64,000 nt of DNA from Nitrospirota bacterium (GCA_963701855.1 CAVPBK010000006.1:768001-832000); one strand, 5' to 3'; positions 1-8,857 are shown, counted from the stretch's first letter. The notes: a model not told the origin generated them from the letters alone. A program made the numbers and translations.

Positions 1-438
1 GATCAGGAGGAAAAAAAAGGCGAAGACGGTCTCGGCGCAGAACCCGGCCAGCAGGGAATAGCCGGCTGGAGAGTGCTCGCCATAGCCATTGGAGGCGAAG
101 CCGCCGGGGACGAAGCCGGCCCGCCCGGTGGCGATGAGATAGAGCACCCCGGCCCCGAGAATCCCGCCGATCACTTGGGCGGCAAGATAGCCCGGGACTT
201 CGTGGGCGGGGAAGCGCTTGCTGAGCAGGAGCCCGATGGTGACCGCGGGGTTAATATGGCAGCCCGAGATATGGCCGAAGGCGTAGACCGCCGTGACCAC
301 GGCCACTCCGAAGGCAAACGCGATCCCGACGACCCCGATGCCGAGCTGCGGAAGGCCGGCGCTCAGGAGGGCGCTCCCGCAGCCGGCAAAGACTAACCAG
401 AAGGTGCCGAGCGCTTCGGCGGCGAGTCGTGGCCCCAT
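1..438 (-). CDS. aqpZ: Aquaporin Z, N-terminal part (truncated by the window edge; absent from ORF track)
   Basis: Own translation from ATG at 438 (SD GAGGAGG upstream): MGPRLAAEALGTFWLVFAGCGSA...FGHISGCHINPAVT...ASNGYGEHSPAGYS. Contains the first NPA motif and the AqpZ-typical NGYGEHSP. Confidence 0.93.
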   Translation of the reverse strand, partial: MGPRLAAEALGTFWLVFAGCGSALLSAGLPQLGIGVVGIAFAFGVAVVTAVYAFGHISGCHINPAVTIGLLLSKRFPAHEVPGYLAAQVIGGILGAGVLYLIATGRAGFVPGGFASNGYGEHSPAGYSLLAGFCAETVFAFFFLLI

Positions 439-764
439 CGTGCCTCCTCGGATCGTGTCGTGCGATTTCCCGCACTATGCCCGGAGCCGTGCCAAAGTGC
501 AAGCGGCCTTGGAGCCAGGCTGGCGAGGGTCGTCGCTCTTCGGACTAGCCTATGATCGGGAGGAGACAATGAGCAAAAAGGAGGCGAAGAATTACAGGCT
601 ATCAAGCGATACCAATGTGAGTTCAATCCTGCTCCAGCCTGAAATCAAACTCTCCCAATACGGCCATAGCAACTTCTTTCTTCCGCGATCACTTCGCCGA
701 TATCCAGCAATCCCCGTGGGTATGTTTTATGCGGATGTGTCAAAGGGAGAAATAAAATTCTCCA

Positions 765-793
765 TTGACACATTTTTCTAATGGGCGTAAGAG
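765..793 (+). promoter_or_regulatory. Putative sigma70 promoter TTGACA-N17-TAAGAG, embedded in a dyad at 735-773
   Basis: Perfect -35 at 765-770, 17-bp spacer, weak -10 at 788-793, AT-rich upstream. Confidence 0.45.
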
Positions 794-816
794 AAATCTA
801 CGGCCCATTCATTCAC

Positions 817-1223
817 TCGATCAGGGGGACTGGACAGGGCGCGCGACTGTTAACGGGTTCCCCCGCCAACTTTCCAAAGAGAGGAGGGTAGCGATGGATG
901 ACCTGACTCCACCTGGCCACACAGGCCCGCCGATTCGAGGGCGGGTTTCTGATCGGTCGTGCTAGCCGGTTCTCCACTGGCTGTGTCGTAACGACAGCAA
1001 AGACCAATAGGTTACTAGCCGATTTTCATCTTGGAGAACTCGACGCTGGCACGAGGAACATAAGCGCCTGGGATGATTTTATTTTCTCCCGATCAGCAGC
1101 CCAATGCTTTAGTTGTCGCGCGGGCCTCAGTTTTATTAGCTGGGCCGAGACAATCACATAGCTGACCCGGCGTCCTAAGCGCCACGAACGGGCGACCTCC
1201 CACCTCAGTGCAGGGTCGCCCGT
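817..1223 (+). ncRNA. Candidate large structured non-coding RNA, family unknown
   Basis: Many nested helices: 817-824/949-956, 923-931/940-948, 957-966/1045-1054, 968-976/1032-1040, 1093-1097/1161-1165, 1188-1197/1214-1223. G-U pairs favour the + strand. No long ORF. Confidence 0.5.
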
Positions 1224-1229
1224 GCCGTT

Positions 1230-1515
1230 CTAACAGGCTGTTGAAAAAGTCGTTCTTCTCACCCGCCCAACCCAGGCGGATATTTCACCCACCCACCCTG
1301 AGTCTGCCAAGACAGCCTCTTTGCCCAGGGACGCACCTTTTCTCATGCAGCGTTCTCACATCGTTCAGATCCTCCAGGTACCCCAGAGGGTAAGCTCTCG
1401 GCCCTTCACTCGCTGCGGCCTTATTGAACAGCCTGCGGGTTCAGCTGAGACCTTCCGTGAGTTCACCCAATCCTGGATTCTTCTAGTCCACAGTAACTCT
1501 TCAGCATCCTGCTAG
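1230..1515. repeat. MITE/REP-like element, family A (CAGGCTGTTGAAAAAGTC...TTGAACAGCCTG, with a further end TCAGCATCCTGCTAG)
   Basis: Terminal inverted repeats. Internal sequence (AGATCCTC...GTAC.CCAGAGGGTA...CTCGCTGCGGCCTT) is shared with the copy at 28812-28942. Confidence 0.7.
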
Positions 1516-1520
1516 ATTTG

Positions 1521-2888
1521 TCAGGGTTTGTGCTGGGGAAACGTACGGCGTTTGCGCCAGAAATAATAGAGCGGAATTCCACTCAGGACAGTCACCGCGC
1601 CATACAACGATTCTGTAGGACGTTGGACGAGACTGTAAATAACCAATGTAGCGGCTCCGATGACGAGAACTGCGGGCAAGAATGGATAGAGTGGGATGTG
1701 GTATTGGTGGGGGTTCGCGACGCTTGTAGGACGAAGACGAAAGATCGTGGAGAGAGTCAACGCCATGAACAATGAGAGAACGAGGCCACTGTAAACAAGG
1801 AGTTGCTCGAAGGTTCCGCTCAGAATGAGCAACGATGCCCAGAGGCTTTGAAAGACGATGGCGCGAACCGGCGCCGCAGTGCCGGGATGAAGATGCGCAA
1901 GCCATGAACCGATCATGCCGTCGCGAGCCATGGCCCAATAGACGCGAGGCCCTGCCCAGGTCATGGCGCTTACTGCCCCTGCAATGGAGAGACAGAGAAT
2001 GGCGGCCACAAGCCGCCCGCTCTCCGGCCCCCACAAAGCTGTGGCTGTCTTCTCCACGACCGGGATAATCGGTTCCTGTGCCAGCTCCGTGATCGACAAC
2101 GCCGATAGATAGACGACGTTCAGCAGCAGATAGATCGTGGCGACGAAGGCAGTGCCCCCGATCATGATCTTCGGCAAAGTCTGCCTGGGATCGACCATGT
2201 CGCCGGCAATGTACCCTGCAACGTTCCAGCCTAGATAACAGTAGGTCACAATCACAAGCGCAATGGCAGATGCCCCAAGCGTCGGCTGTTGCATGGTGGA
2301 CCTGACAAGGAGATTGTCCCCGTGCCCAATCACCGCTGCGAACCCACCGAGAATCAATCCCCCAATGGCGACGACCTTTGTAGTCGTCAACAGCAATTGC
2401 ATGCGGCCGCCAGCTCCCACACCTCGACAATGCATGGAGGTTAGTATCCACAGCAGAGAGAGCGAGAGACCCTTCGCCACCCATCCCTGCGCATCTTCGA
2501 TCGGGACGACGCGCAGAGCATAGGACGAAAAACTGATGGCTGAGGCCGCGACTGCCGCACCAAAGCCGATCGTAAAGGAGGTCCAGCCACTGAGAAATGC
2601 CACCAGTGGTCCGTAGGCCTCTCGCAGGTAGACGTAATCGCCTCCCGCATGAGGTAGAGCGGCTCCCAGCTCTCCATAGACCATGGCACCACCGAGAGCA
2701 AAGAGCGCTCCGACGAACCACAACAGGAGAATCAGCATCGGGTCACCGAGATCGCGGGCCATCAATCCCGTGGTGGTGAAGATCCCGCCCCCAATGATGT
2801 TGCTCACCAGGACGCAGGAAGCTGTGAACCAACCGATCTTCTGCGTGGTTGATTTGAGGCTTGGCTCGCTGATTGAGAAATGGCTCAT
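1521..2888 (-). CDS. APC-superfamily amino acid permease
   Basis: 455 aa, about 12 TM segments. Motifs IIGGGIF, YGELGAALPHAGGDYVYLREAYG, GPRVYWAMARDG. Confidence 0.93.
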   Translation of the reverse strand: MSHFSISEPSLKSTTQKIGWFTASCVLVSNIIGGGIFTTTGLMARDLGDPMLILLLWFVGALFALGGAMVYGELGAALPHAGGDYVYLREAYGPLVAFLSGWTSFTIGFGAAVAASAISFSSYALRVVPIEDAQGWVAKGLSLSLLWILTSMHCRGVGAGGRMQLLLTTTKVVAIGGLILGGFAAVIGHGDNLLVRSTMQQPTLGASAIALVIVTYCYLGWNVAGYIAGDMVDPRQTLPKIMIGGTAFVATIYLLLNVVYLSALSITELAQEPIIPVVEKTATALWGPESGRLVAAILCLSIAGAVSAMTWAGPRVYWAMARDGMIGSWLAHLHPGTAAPVRAIVFQSLWASLLILSGTFEQLLVYSGLVLSLFMALTLSTIFRLRPTSVANPHQYHIPLYPFLPAVLVIGAATLVIYSLVQRPTESLYGAVTVLSGIPLYYFWRKRRTFPQHKP

Positions 2889-2955
2889 AGCGTTGGTGGT
2901 TGGATGAGAATCGGGGGCTTTCTTTTCTTCCTCTCCTTCCCTACCATACTGAGCG

Positions 2956-3951
2956 ATGCCTGGGAAGCAACCAAAAGCCCCCCGTGCCGTCGGTGTCGTG
3001 CGACGTCGTCGCCAGCCTGCCCATGTGTCGGCCGGTTTGAACGCGATCGAACTCCAAGCCGCTGCGCCTCCGAACGATGTTGCTGACCTGCATAGAGCGA
3101 TCGAGGGTGATGGCGGGAAGGTTTTCGCGATCTATCGGGAGCCCTATGGTGGACGCTGGCTGTTGCTGGCAGCCTTGCCGATTGCACTCGTTGAGCCGAC
3201 CCCTTTTCAGCGCAATCTCTCCGAAACGCACGTTCGCAAGCTAGAGCTCGTAATCGGCAAGATCGGACGATTTCTCGATCCGATCATTGCGGTGCGCGCG
3301 CCAAAGAGTGAGCAGGCCGCGAGATACTGGACCCCCAACGGCAACCATCGGCTCTCGGCGATGAAGACGCTGATGGCGAAGAGCATTGTCGCGATTGTAG
3401 TGCCGGAGGTAGCCGTGGCCTATCAAATTCTGGCATTGAATACGGAAAAGGCGCATAACCTGCGGGAGAAATCGCTGGAAGTGATTCGGATGTACGAGGA
3501 GCTGGCCCATCTCGATGACGCGACCGAAGAGATCTACGCGCTGGAGTTTGAAGAGCCTAGCTTCATTACGCTCGGTCTCTGCTACAAAGAACGGCCACGA
3601 TTCAGCGGCGGAGCTTATCATCCCGTACTCAAGCGAGTAGAGGAGTTTCTCAAGAAGCCGATGCGCACGACGATTGAACTGCGGCGGAAGCGGGCGCGCA
3701 CGGTGCTCGTACTTGACGATGAGATTGTGAAGCAAGTCGAGGCGCTCAAGGCACGGGGATTGACAAGTCCTTATCTGAAGAGCTTCCTGGTCGCGCGTGT
3801 GAATCCCATCCGCTTCCGGCCAAAGGATGCTCCTCCCCTGTCATTCGATGACGCACTGGATCGGATGACCAAAGCCGCGGAGAAATTCAATCCCGAGAAG
3901 ATCAAGCTTGACGATCTGGCAAAAACAGGCGGCGCGCCGGACGAAGGCTAA
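2956..3951 (+). CDS. ParB/Srx N-terminal domain protein (stand-alone)
   Basis: PTPFQRNLS...FLDPIIAV...YWTPNGNHRLSAM resembles ParB boxes I/II (GxxR). No parA nearby. Confidence 0.8.
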   Translation: MPGKQPKAPRAVGVVRRRRQPAHVSAGLNAIELQAAAPPNDVADLHRAIEGDGGKVFAIYREPYGGRWLLLAALPIALVEPTPFQRNLSETHVRKLELVIGKIGRFLDPIIAVRAPKSEQAARYWTPNGNHRLSAMKTLMAKSIVAIVVPEVAVAYQILALNTEKAHNLREKSLEVIRMYEELAHLDDATEEIYALEFEEPSFITLGLCYKERPRFSGGAYHPVLKRVEEFLKKPMRTTIELRRKRARTVLVLDDEIVKQVEALKARGLTSPYLKSFLVARVNPIRFRPKDAPPLSFDDALDRMTKAAEKFNPEKIKLDDLAKTGGAPDEG

Positions 3952-3964
3952 TAAAGGAGGTTAC

Positions 3965-4375
3965 ATGCCCTATTTTATTCTTGGCTTGTCATTGATACTG
4001 TATGGGCTCAGTCTAAACCCGTCTGCGCTGGCCGCCGAGATCATGCCCATTGCCAAGATTATGGAACGTCCTGCGGACTATCAGGCCAAAGTCGTAATCG
4101 TGGAGGGACGGGCGAGGGAGGTGATGGAGCTGCCACCTCGATTCAGGGTGCATCGCTGCGCCGGGGGACCCGTCTACGACGCACAACTGTTCACGCTGCA
4201 GGACCAATCCGGGTCCATCCAGGTAGGAGTGGCCGGGACTTGCAAGCCGAATGCGATGCAACCGGTTGTCGAGGATGAACGTTTGCGCATCCGTGGAGTC
4301 GCGGTCGCAGATGAACAGGATCCTCGAGGGATTCCCATCATTTACGCAGACGCCATCGACCGCATGACACCCTAA
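3965..4375 (+). CDS. Secreted OB-fold-like protein
   Basis: SD AAGGAGG, signal peptide ending ALA. Pattern YQAKVVIVEG...FTLQDQSGSIQV...RLRIRG resembles bacterial OB-fold proteins. Confidence 0.65.
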   Translation: MPYFILGLSLILYGLSLNPSALAAEIMPIAKIMERPADYQAKVVIVEGRAREVMELPPRFRVHRCAGGPVYDAQLFTLQDQSGSIQVGVAGTCKPNAMQPVVEDERLRIRGVAVADEQDPRGIPIIYADAIDRMTP

Positions 4376-4402
4376 TCTGAATCTACTTTTGAAGGGAGAA
4401 TC

Positions 4403-4756
4403 ATGATGAGCTTAGCCGACAATACATGCGTGCCCTGCCGAGGTGGGGTGCCGCCGCTTCCTGCCGATCGGACACAGGCGCTCTTAAAGGAACTCGGCCG
4501 CGGCTGGTCGTTGAATGCCCAAGGACATCTTGAGCGCTTGTATACGTTCAAGGATTTTGCCCAGGCCTTGGCCTACGTGAACAAGGTGGGTGCCGTGGCA
4601 GAAGCGGAAGGCCACCATCCTGATCTCTATCTTGCCTGGGGTAAGTGCAGGGTCGAAATATGGACGCACAAGATTAACGGCCTGACGGAGAGCGATTTTT
4701 ACATGGCCGCCAAAGCTGATCGCGAGTTTGAACCGTTTCGCGGAGCTGCCAGTTAA
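4403..4756 (+). CDS. phhB: Pterin-4a-carbinolamine dehydratase
   Basis: AEAEGHHPDL and WTHKINGLTESDF motifs; N-terminal CVPC. Confidence 0.93.
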   Translation: MMSLADNTCVPCRGGVPPLPADRTQALLKELGRGWSLNAQGHLERLYTFKDFAQALAYVNKVGAVAEAEGHHPDLYLAWGKCRVEIWTHKINGLTESDFYMAAKADREFEPFRGAAS

Positions 4757-4799
4757 CCGCAAATCAGGATGGTTGCACCATGAACCCACAAGGCAACAG

Positions 4800-6659
4800 A
4801 TGAGCGACAAGGCCCAGGTGGCGCTCGTCAATATGCCGTTCAGCTACTCGAAGTATCCCTCGATCCAACTGGGCACACTCTCGGCGCTGCTCAAATCAAA
4901 GGGCATCCCCGTCGATTGTCATCATCTCAACGTCCGTTTTGCCCACAAGATCGGCGTGCCCCTCTATGAAATGGTCTGCGAAAAACGGGCTCTGTTTGGC
5001 GAATGGATTTTTTCATACCTCTTGTTCCGCGACAACCCGAAACGCGCTGAGTATCCTCACCTGTTTAAGCCGGTGTTCGAGCAACTCGCCAAGGAAAGCG
5101 GCCATCCAGCCTCATTCTTCGAAAACATGGCGGCGAGAAGTGCGCCACAGTTCTTAACCTGGGCTCTAACCTCCATCGACTGGGGGCAATACAAGATTGT
5201 CGGCTTCACTTCCACGTTCGATCAAAATGTCGCGAGCCTGACGATGGCAAAACTCATCAAGGATCTCTATCCCAACGTGATGATCGTCTTCGGCGGAGCA
5301 AACTACGATGGCGAGATGGGACTGGAATACTTCCGAGCTTTCCCCTTCATCGACCATGTCGTGGTGGGAGAGGGAGAAGAGGTGTTCCCGGAATTGGTTC
5401 GATATCTCCTCGCAGGAAAAGTCGGGACCATTCCCACAGGCGTGACGTATCGAGAAGGAGCGGCGATCTCGTTCACTCCCAACCACTCGCTCTTCTCAGA
5501 CTTCGCGAAGACCGGTCCACCCGACTATGACGACTACTATCATCTGCTGGCGGAGTTGGGCGAAGCGGCACAGGGGCTCGATCGAATCTTGTTGTACGAA
5601 GGTTCGCGAGGCTGTTGGTGGGGGGAAAAACATCACTGTACGTTTTGCGGGTTGAACGCGCAAAGCATGAAATTTCGGGCTAAATCGTCCGAGCAAGCGG
5701 CCCGGGAGATGGCCTACCTTTCTAACCGCTACGATACGGCCCGATTTCGCCTGGTGGACAACATCATTGATATGAAATATATCGAGAGCCTCTTCGGTCG
5801 GTTTGCGGCTGACCATTGTGACCTCGATGTATTTATCGAAACCAAGAGCAATCTTCAGAAGAGCCAGATTCGAACGCTCGCTGCCGGGGGGGTCAAATGC
5901 ATGCAGCCGGGCTTAGAGAGCCTGAGCATCAATCAACTACAGGCGATGGATAAGGGCGTGACGCCGATGCAGAATATTATCTGTCTTAAGTGGAGTTCCT
6001 ATTATCATGTCGCGGTGTCCTGGAATATCTTGCTCGGATTTCCCGGAGAAACGAATGAGGATTACCGCCGGCAGATCGACCTGATTCCCTCATTGTTCCA
6101 TCTGCACCCACCGGAAGCCACCGGGAAGTTCTGGCTGCAACGATTCAGTCCCTATTACACCAAACCACACGAATATGGAGTCCGCATCACCGGTCCCTGG
6201 ATGGCATACGAGTATGTCTACGATGCCAGGCAGGTGGATTTGAGGAAGATTGCCTACGATTTTGAGTATGAGCTGGACAATTGGAACGTGGACCAGCAGG
6301 TCTACCAAGAATTAGTCGACCTCGTGCAGGAGTGGCAGAAACTGGCCGAATCAAGCGATCGGCCATTCCTCTATTACTCAAAAGCGATGGACTATGTCAC
6401 CGTCTACGATGGCCGAAACCCAAAAGGACCAATACGAAAGCGCTACGATTGGCCTGCAGCGGGAATCATCGAAGTCTGCAACGAAACGGCAAAAAGTGTC
6501 GAGCAAATCCGCACGTTACTGGCAGCCCGACCTGGTAAGAGCGAGAATGTTGATGCAGAAATCAATCAGGCGCTCGTTGTATTGACGGCTGCACGGATTC
6601 TCTACGAAGAGCGCGGAAAGTATTTCACCCTGGCCGTTCCAGAAAACCCCTACCTTTAG
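4800..6659 (+). CDS. Cobalamin-dependent radical SAM C-methyltransferase, RiPP-maturation type (TIGR03975-like)
   Basis: N-terminal LVNMPF...PSIQLGTL B12-binding domain, GFTSTFDQ, FGGAN, and SRGCWWGEKHHCTFCGLN (CX7CX2C). Confidence 0.88.
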   Translation: MSDKAQVALVNMPFSYSKYPSIQLGTLSALLKSKGIPVDCHHLNVRFAHKIGVPLYEMVCEKRALFGEWIFSYLLFRDNPKRAEYPHLFKPVFEQLAKESGHPASFFENMAARSAPQFLTWALTSIDWGQYKIVGFTSTFDQNVASLTMAKLIKDLYPNVMIVFGGANYDGEMGLEYFRAFPFIDHVVVGEGEEVFPELVRYLLAGKVGTIPTGVTYREGAAISFTPNHSLFSDFAKTGPPDYDDYYHLLAELGEAAQGLDRILLYEGSRGCWWGEKHHCTFCGLNAQSMKFRAKSSEQAAREMAYLSNRYDTARFRLVDNIIDMKYIESLFGRFAADHCDLDVFIETKSNLQKSQIRTLAAGGVKCMQPGLESLSINQLQAMDKGVTPMQNIICLKWSSYYHVAVSWNILLGFPGETNEDYRRQIDLIPSLFHLHPPEATGKFWLQRFSPYYTKPHEYGVRITGPWMAYEYVYDARQVDLRKIAYDFEYELDNWNVDQQVYQELVDLVQEWQKLAESSDRPFLYYSKAMDYVTVYDGRNPKGPIRKRYDWPAAGIIEVCNETAKSVEQIRTLLAARPGKSENVDAEINQALVVLTAARILYEERGKYFTLAVPENPYL

Positions 6660-6662
6660 CCT

Positions 6663-6690
6663 CTAGCAGGATGCTGAAAAATTCCTCCAG
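6663..6690. repeat. Single end of MITE family A
   Basis: CTAGCAGGATGCTGAAAAA is the reverse complement of the end at 1501-1515. Confidence 0.5.
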
Positions 6691-6805
6691 CGACTCTTGC
6701 GCGTGACAAGCGCGACGCCAAGCCCCTACTCCGAGTGTCTCGTTTTCCCCGCCAGTCTTGCGCGTCTTATCCCGTTACCCCGGGGGCAGTATTCCCCCGA
6801 TGTGC

Positions 6806-7138
6806 TCACATCGAGAGTTTGTCGGCGACGTTGCGCATCTGGACGCCGTGCGCGAGGGAAGCGCCGCCTCGGATGGCACAAGCGACGTGGACGGCTTCTG
6901 TCATTTCTTCGATATTCGACCCTTTTTCTAAGGAGGCCTGTGTGTAGGCATCAATACAATAGGGACATTGGACTGCGTGAGCGACGGCAAGAGCGATGAG
7001 AGCTTTCTCTCGCTCCGTCAAGGTTCCTTCAGCGAAGACGGCGCTGTAGTAGGCCATGAATTTCTCCCAAAGATCCTTGCTGCCCTTACCCATCTCGGCG
7101 AACTTGCCTAGGTCGTGGGGATGATAATAGGTTTCCAT
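6806..7138 (-). CDS. AhpD/CMD-family peroxidase-like protein (TIGR04169-like, 'arsenosugar biosynthesis-associated')
   Basis: YY.P.DL.KF N-terminus, EREKALIALAVAHAVQCPYCIDAY, AIRGGASLAHGVQM. Confidence 0.85.
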   Translation of the reverse strand: METYYHPHDLGKFAEMGKGSKDLWEKFMAYYSAVFAEGTLTEREKALIALAVAHAVQCPYCIDAYTQASLEKGSNIEEMTEAVHVACAIRGGASLAHGVQMRNVADKLSM

Positions 7139-7162
7139 AAACGGCTCCGTCCATATGGTGAG

Positions 7163-7221
7163 TGTTCAATGTTGAATGCTGAAGCGGGGTCCGCTCTTCG
7201 TTCACAATTCATCATTCAACA
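7163..7221. repeat. Palindromic 7-mer tandem repeat
   Basis: TGTTCAA-TGTTGAA-TGCTGAA ... TTCACAA-TTCATCA-TTCAACA. Confidence 0.65.
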
Positions 7222-7232
7222 TTGCGGTTCGA

Positions 7233-7517
7233 TTACGCGTTGCTAGGCGGTTCGGGATCAGCCTGCGTGAGCACCTGCGAAAACCGCGTGCCGACAATGC
7301 CGGTCACCTTGGCCATGAGGTCGGTCACCTCTTGCCATTCCTGCGGCCGTAAATCCTGTTTCAGTTGTGGATGAATCACCCATTGGGCATCGACTTGTGT
7401 TCCCTTTCGGCTCACGAGCACCCGAAGCAGTTCCACATCCTTGGTGCGTGAATCGGCCCCTGCGTCTTGAGGTGGGTTTCCGTTTGGTTGTCCCGATGGA
7501 AGCGTTGAACGTGCCAT
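7233..7517 (-). CDS. Hypothetical protein
   Basis: 94-aa ORF with SD (AAGGAG) upstream, co-oriented with its neighbours. Confidence 0.65.
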   Translation of the reverse strand: MARSTLPSGQPNGNPPQDAGADSRTKDVELLRVLVSRKGTQVDAQWVIHPQLKQDLRPQEWQEVTDLMAKVTGIVGTRFSQVLTQADPEPPSNA

Positions 7518-7658
7518 GCAATCAATCTCCTTCCCTTTTGTAGTAGGAGATCATACTTTATCGTCATTCTGTCTGTATATCTGCCAGGAATCCCTTGTGG
7601 TCGGACTGGACTGTTCGGCCATCTGGCTGGTCTGGTGCGAGGATAGCGGGACTGAGCC

Positions 7659-7841
7659 TTAATCCGCATTATTCGTGAAGATTCGTCCCGAAAGCGTGCG
7701 GACGTGAAGCGAGACAGGCACTCGGAGCCATCAAGCCCTGAGACATACTCGTGCAATATGTCGAAGGGTGAACGGCGAGACTGCCCGTCGTAGCAGCGTA
7801 TCCGCGTTTGCAGCAGAAGCTTCATGAATAATGCGGGTTAA
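7659..7841. mobile_element. MITE-like element, family B
   Basis: TTAATCCGCATTATTCGTGAAG / CTTCATGAATAATGCGGGTTAA form a 20/22 inverted repeat. Related copies at 9654, 25944 and 62969. Confidence 0.75.
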
Positions 7842-8656
7842 GAGGCAATCGTATTTTCTTTGAGCAGCTCAAGCATGGCTTGCTGGATAGGCCCGTTACT
7901 TGCGACCAGTTCGCGCCCGTAAATAGAGTGCGGAGCACCTTTGAAGTCCGTTACCTGGCCACCAGCTTCGCGGAGAATGACGACTCCCGCCGCCATGTCC
8001 CAAGGGTTCAGTGTCACTTCCCAAAATCCATCGAACCGGCCGGCCGCGACATAGCAAAGATCCAGAGCTGCCGTTCCAGTTCGCCGCAATCCTTGTACTT
8101 TTAGGGCGAATCGCGCGAAGTGATTTAAGTTATTGTTCGGGGTTTCGCGAATGTCGTAGGCAAATCCGGTCACGAGGAGTGCACGGTCGAGATGGTCCGT
8201 CGCGGACACGGAAATGGGGGCTCCGTTGAGATAAGCTCCACAACCGATTCGCGCAGTGAAAAGTTCGTCTCGAGTCGGGTCGTAGACCACCCCGATAATC
8301 CCGCGTCCGTCACATTCCAGCCCGATGGACACGCAGTAGGCGGGAAACCCGTGGGCGAAGTTGGTTGTGCCATCAAGCGGATCAATCACCCATTTGTAAC
8401 GGGATGGAAATTCCTCGGTCAGCCCACGTTCCTCGGCAAGGACATGATGGGTTGGGAACGCCTCGTGGATGACCTCGATGATCCGTTGCTCCGCCTGACG
8501 GTCGGCATCGGTGACAAGATTGATGATCTGCTTATGCTCAATCCGAAAACCAGTGCGCGTGCAATCTGTTAGAACGGCTCCAGCCTGGCGGGCCGCGTCG
8601 ATGGCAACTGAAAGAAGTGTGTCGGAAGGGATATCCTGGTCATACGGTAAGGACAT
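7838..8656 (-). CDS. suhB: Inositol monophosphatase
   Basis: LVTDAD..AE, WVIDPLDGTTNFAHG and WDMAAG motifs. Confidence 0.93.
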   Translation of the reverse strand: MSLPYDQDIPSDTLLSVAIDAARQAGAVLTDCTRTGFRIEHKQIINLVTDADRQAEQRIIEVIHEAFPTHHVLAEERGLTEEFPSRYKWVIDPLDGTTNFAHGFPAYCVSIGLECDGRGIIGVVYDPTRDELFTARIGCGAYLNGAPISVSATDHLDRALLVTGFAYDIRETPNNNLNHFARFALKVQGLRRTGTAALDLCYVAAGRFDGFWEVTLNPWDMAAGVVILREAGGQVTDFKGAPHSIYGRELVASNGPIQQAMLELLKENTIAS

Positions 8657-8857
8657 GGGACGGCATCATAGCACGAGACTGTTTTTCTACGAATATTCAA
8701 GGAAGAGAACTCTCGAACGGGAAACAATCCAAGTTATTTAGACCAAAACTAACCGATTCTTTGGCATTCTTACTGACCGAGCAGATGACACTGAACGCAA
8801 GTACGGACACGATTTAAAGCGATCATGCCATGCAAGCCACTATTGTAACTTTATATA

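Noticed and set aside
73..781. Plus-strand ORFs 73-396 and 293-781
   Set aside because: Shadows of aqpZ on the opposite strand; no recognisable motifs.
825..870. Cobalamin riboswitch (GCGACTGT resembles part of the consensus)
   Set aside because: No GGGAA, B12 box or AGYCAG elements in the right order, and no downstream co-oriented gene.
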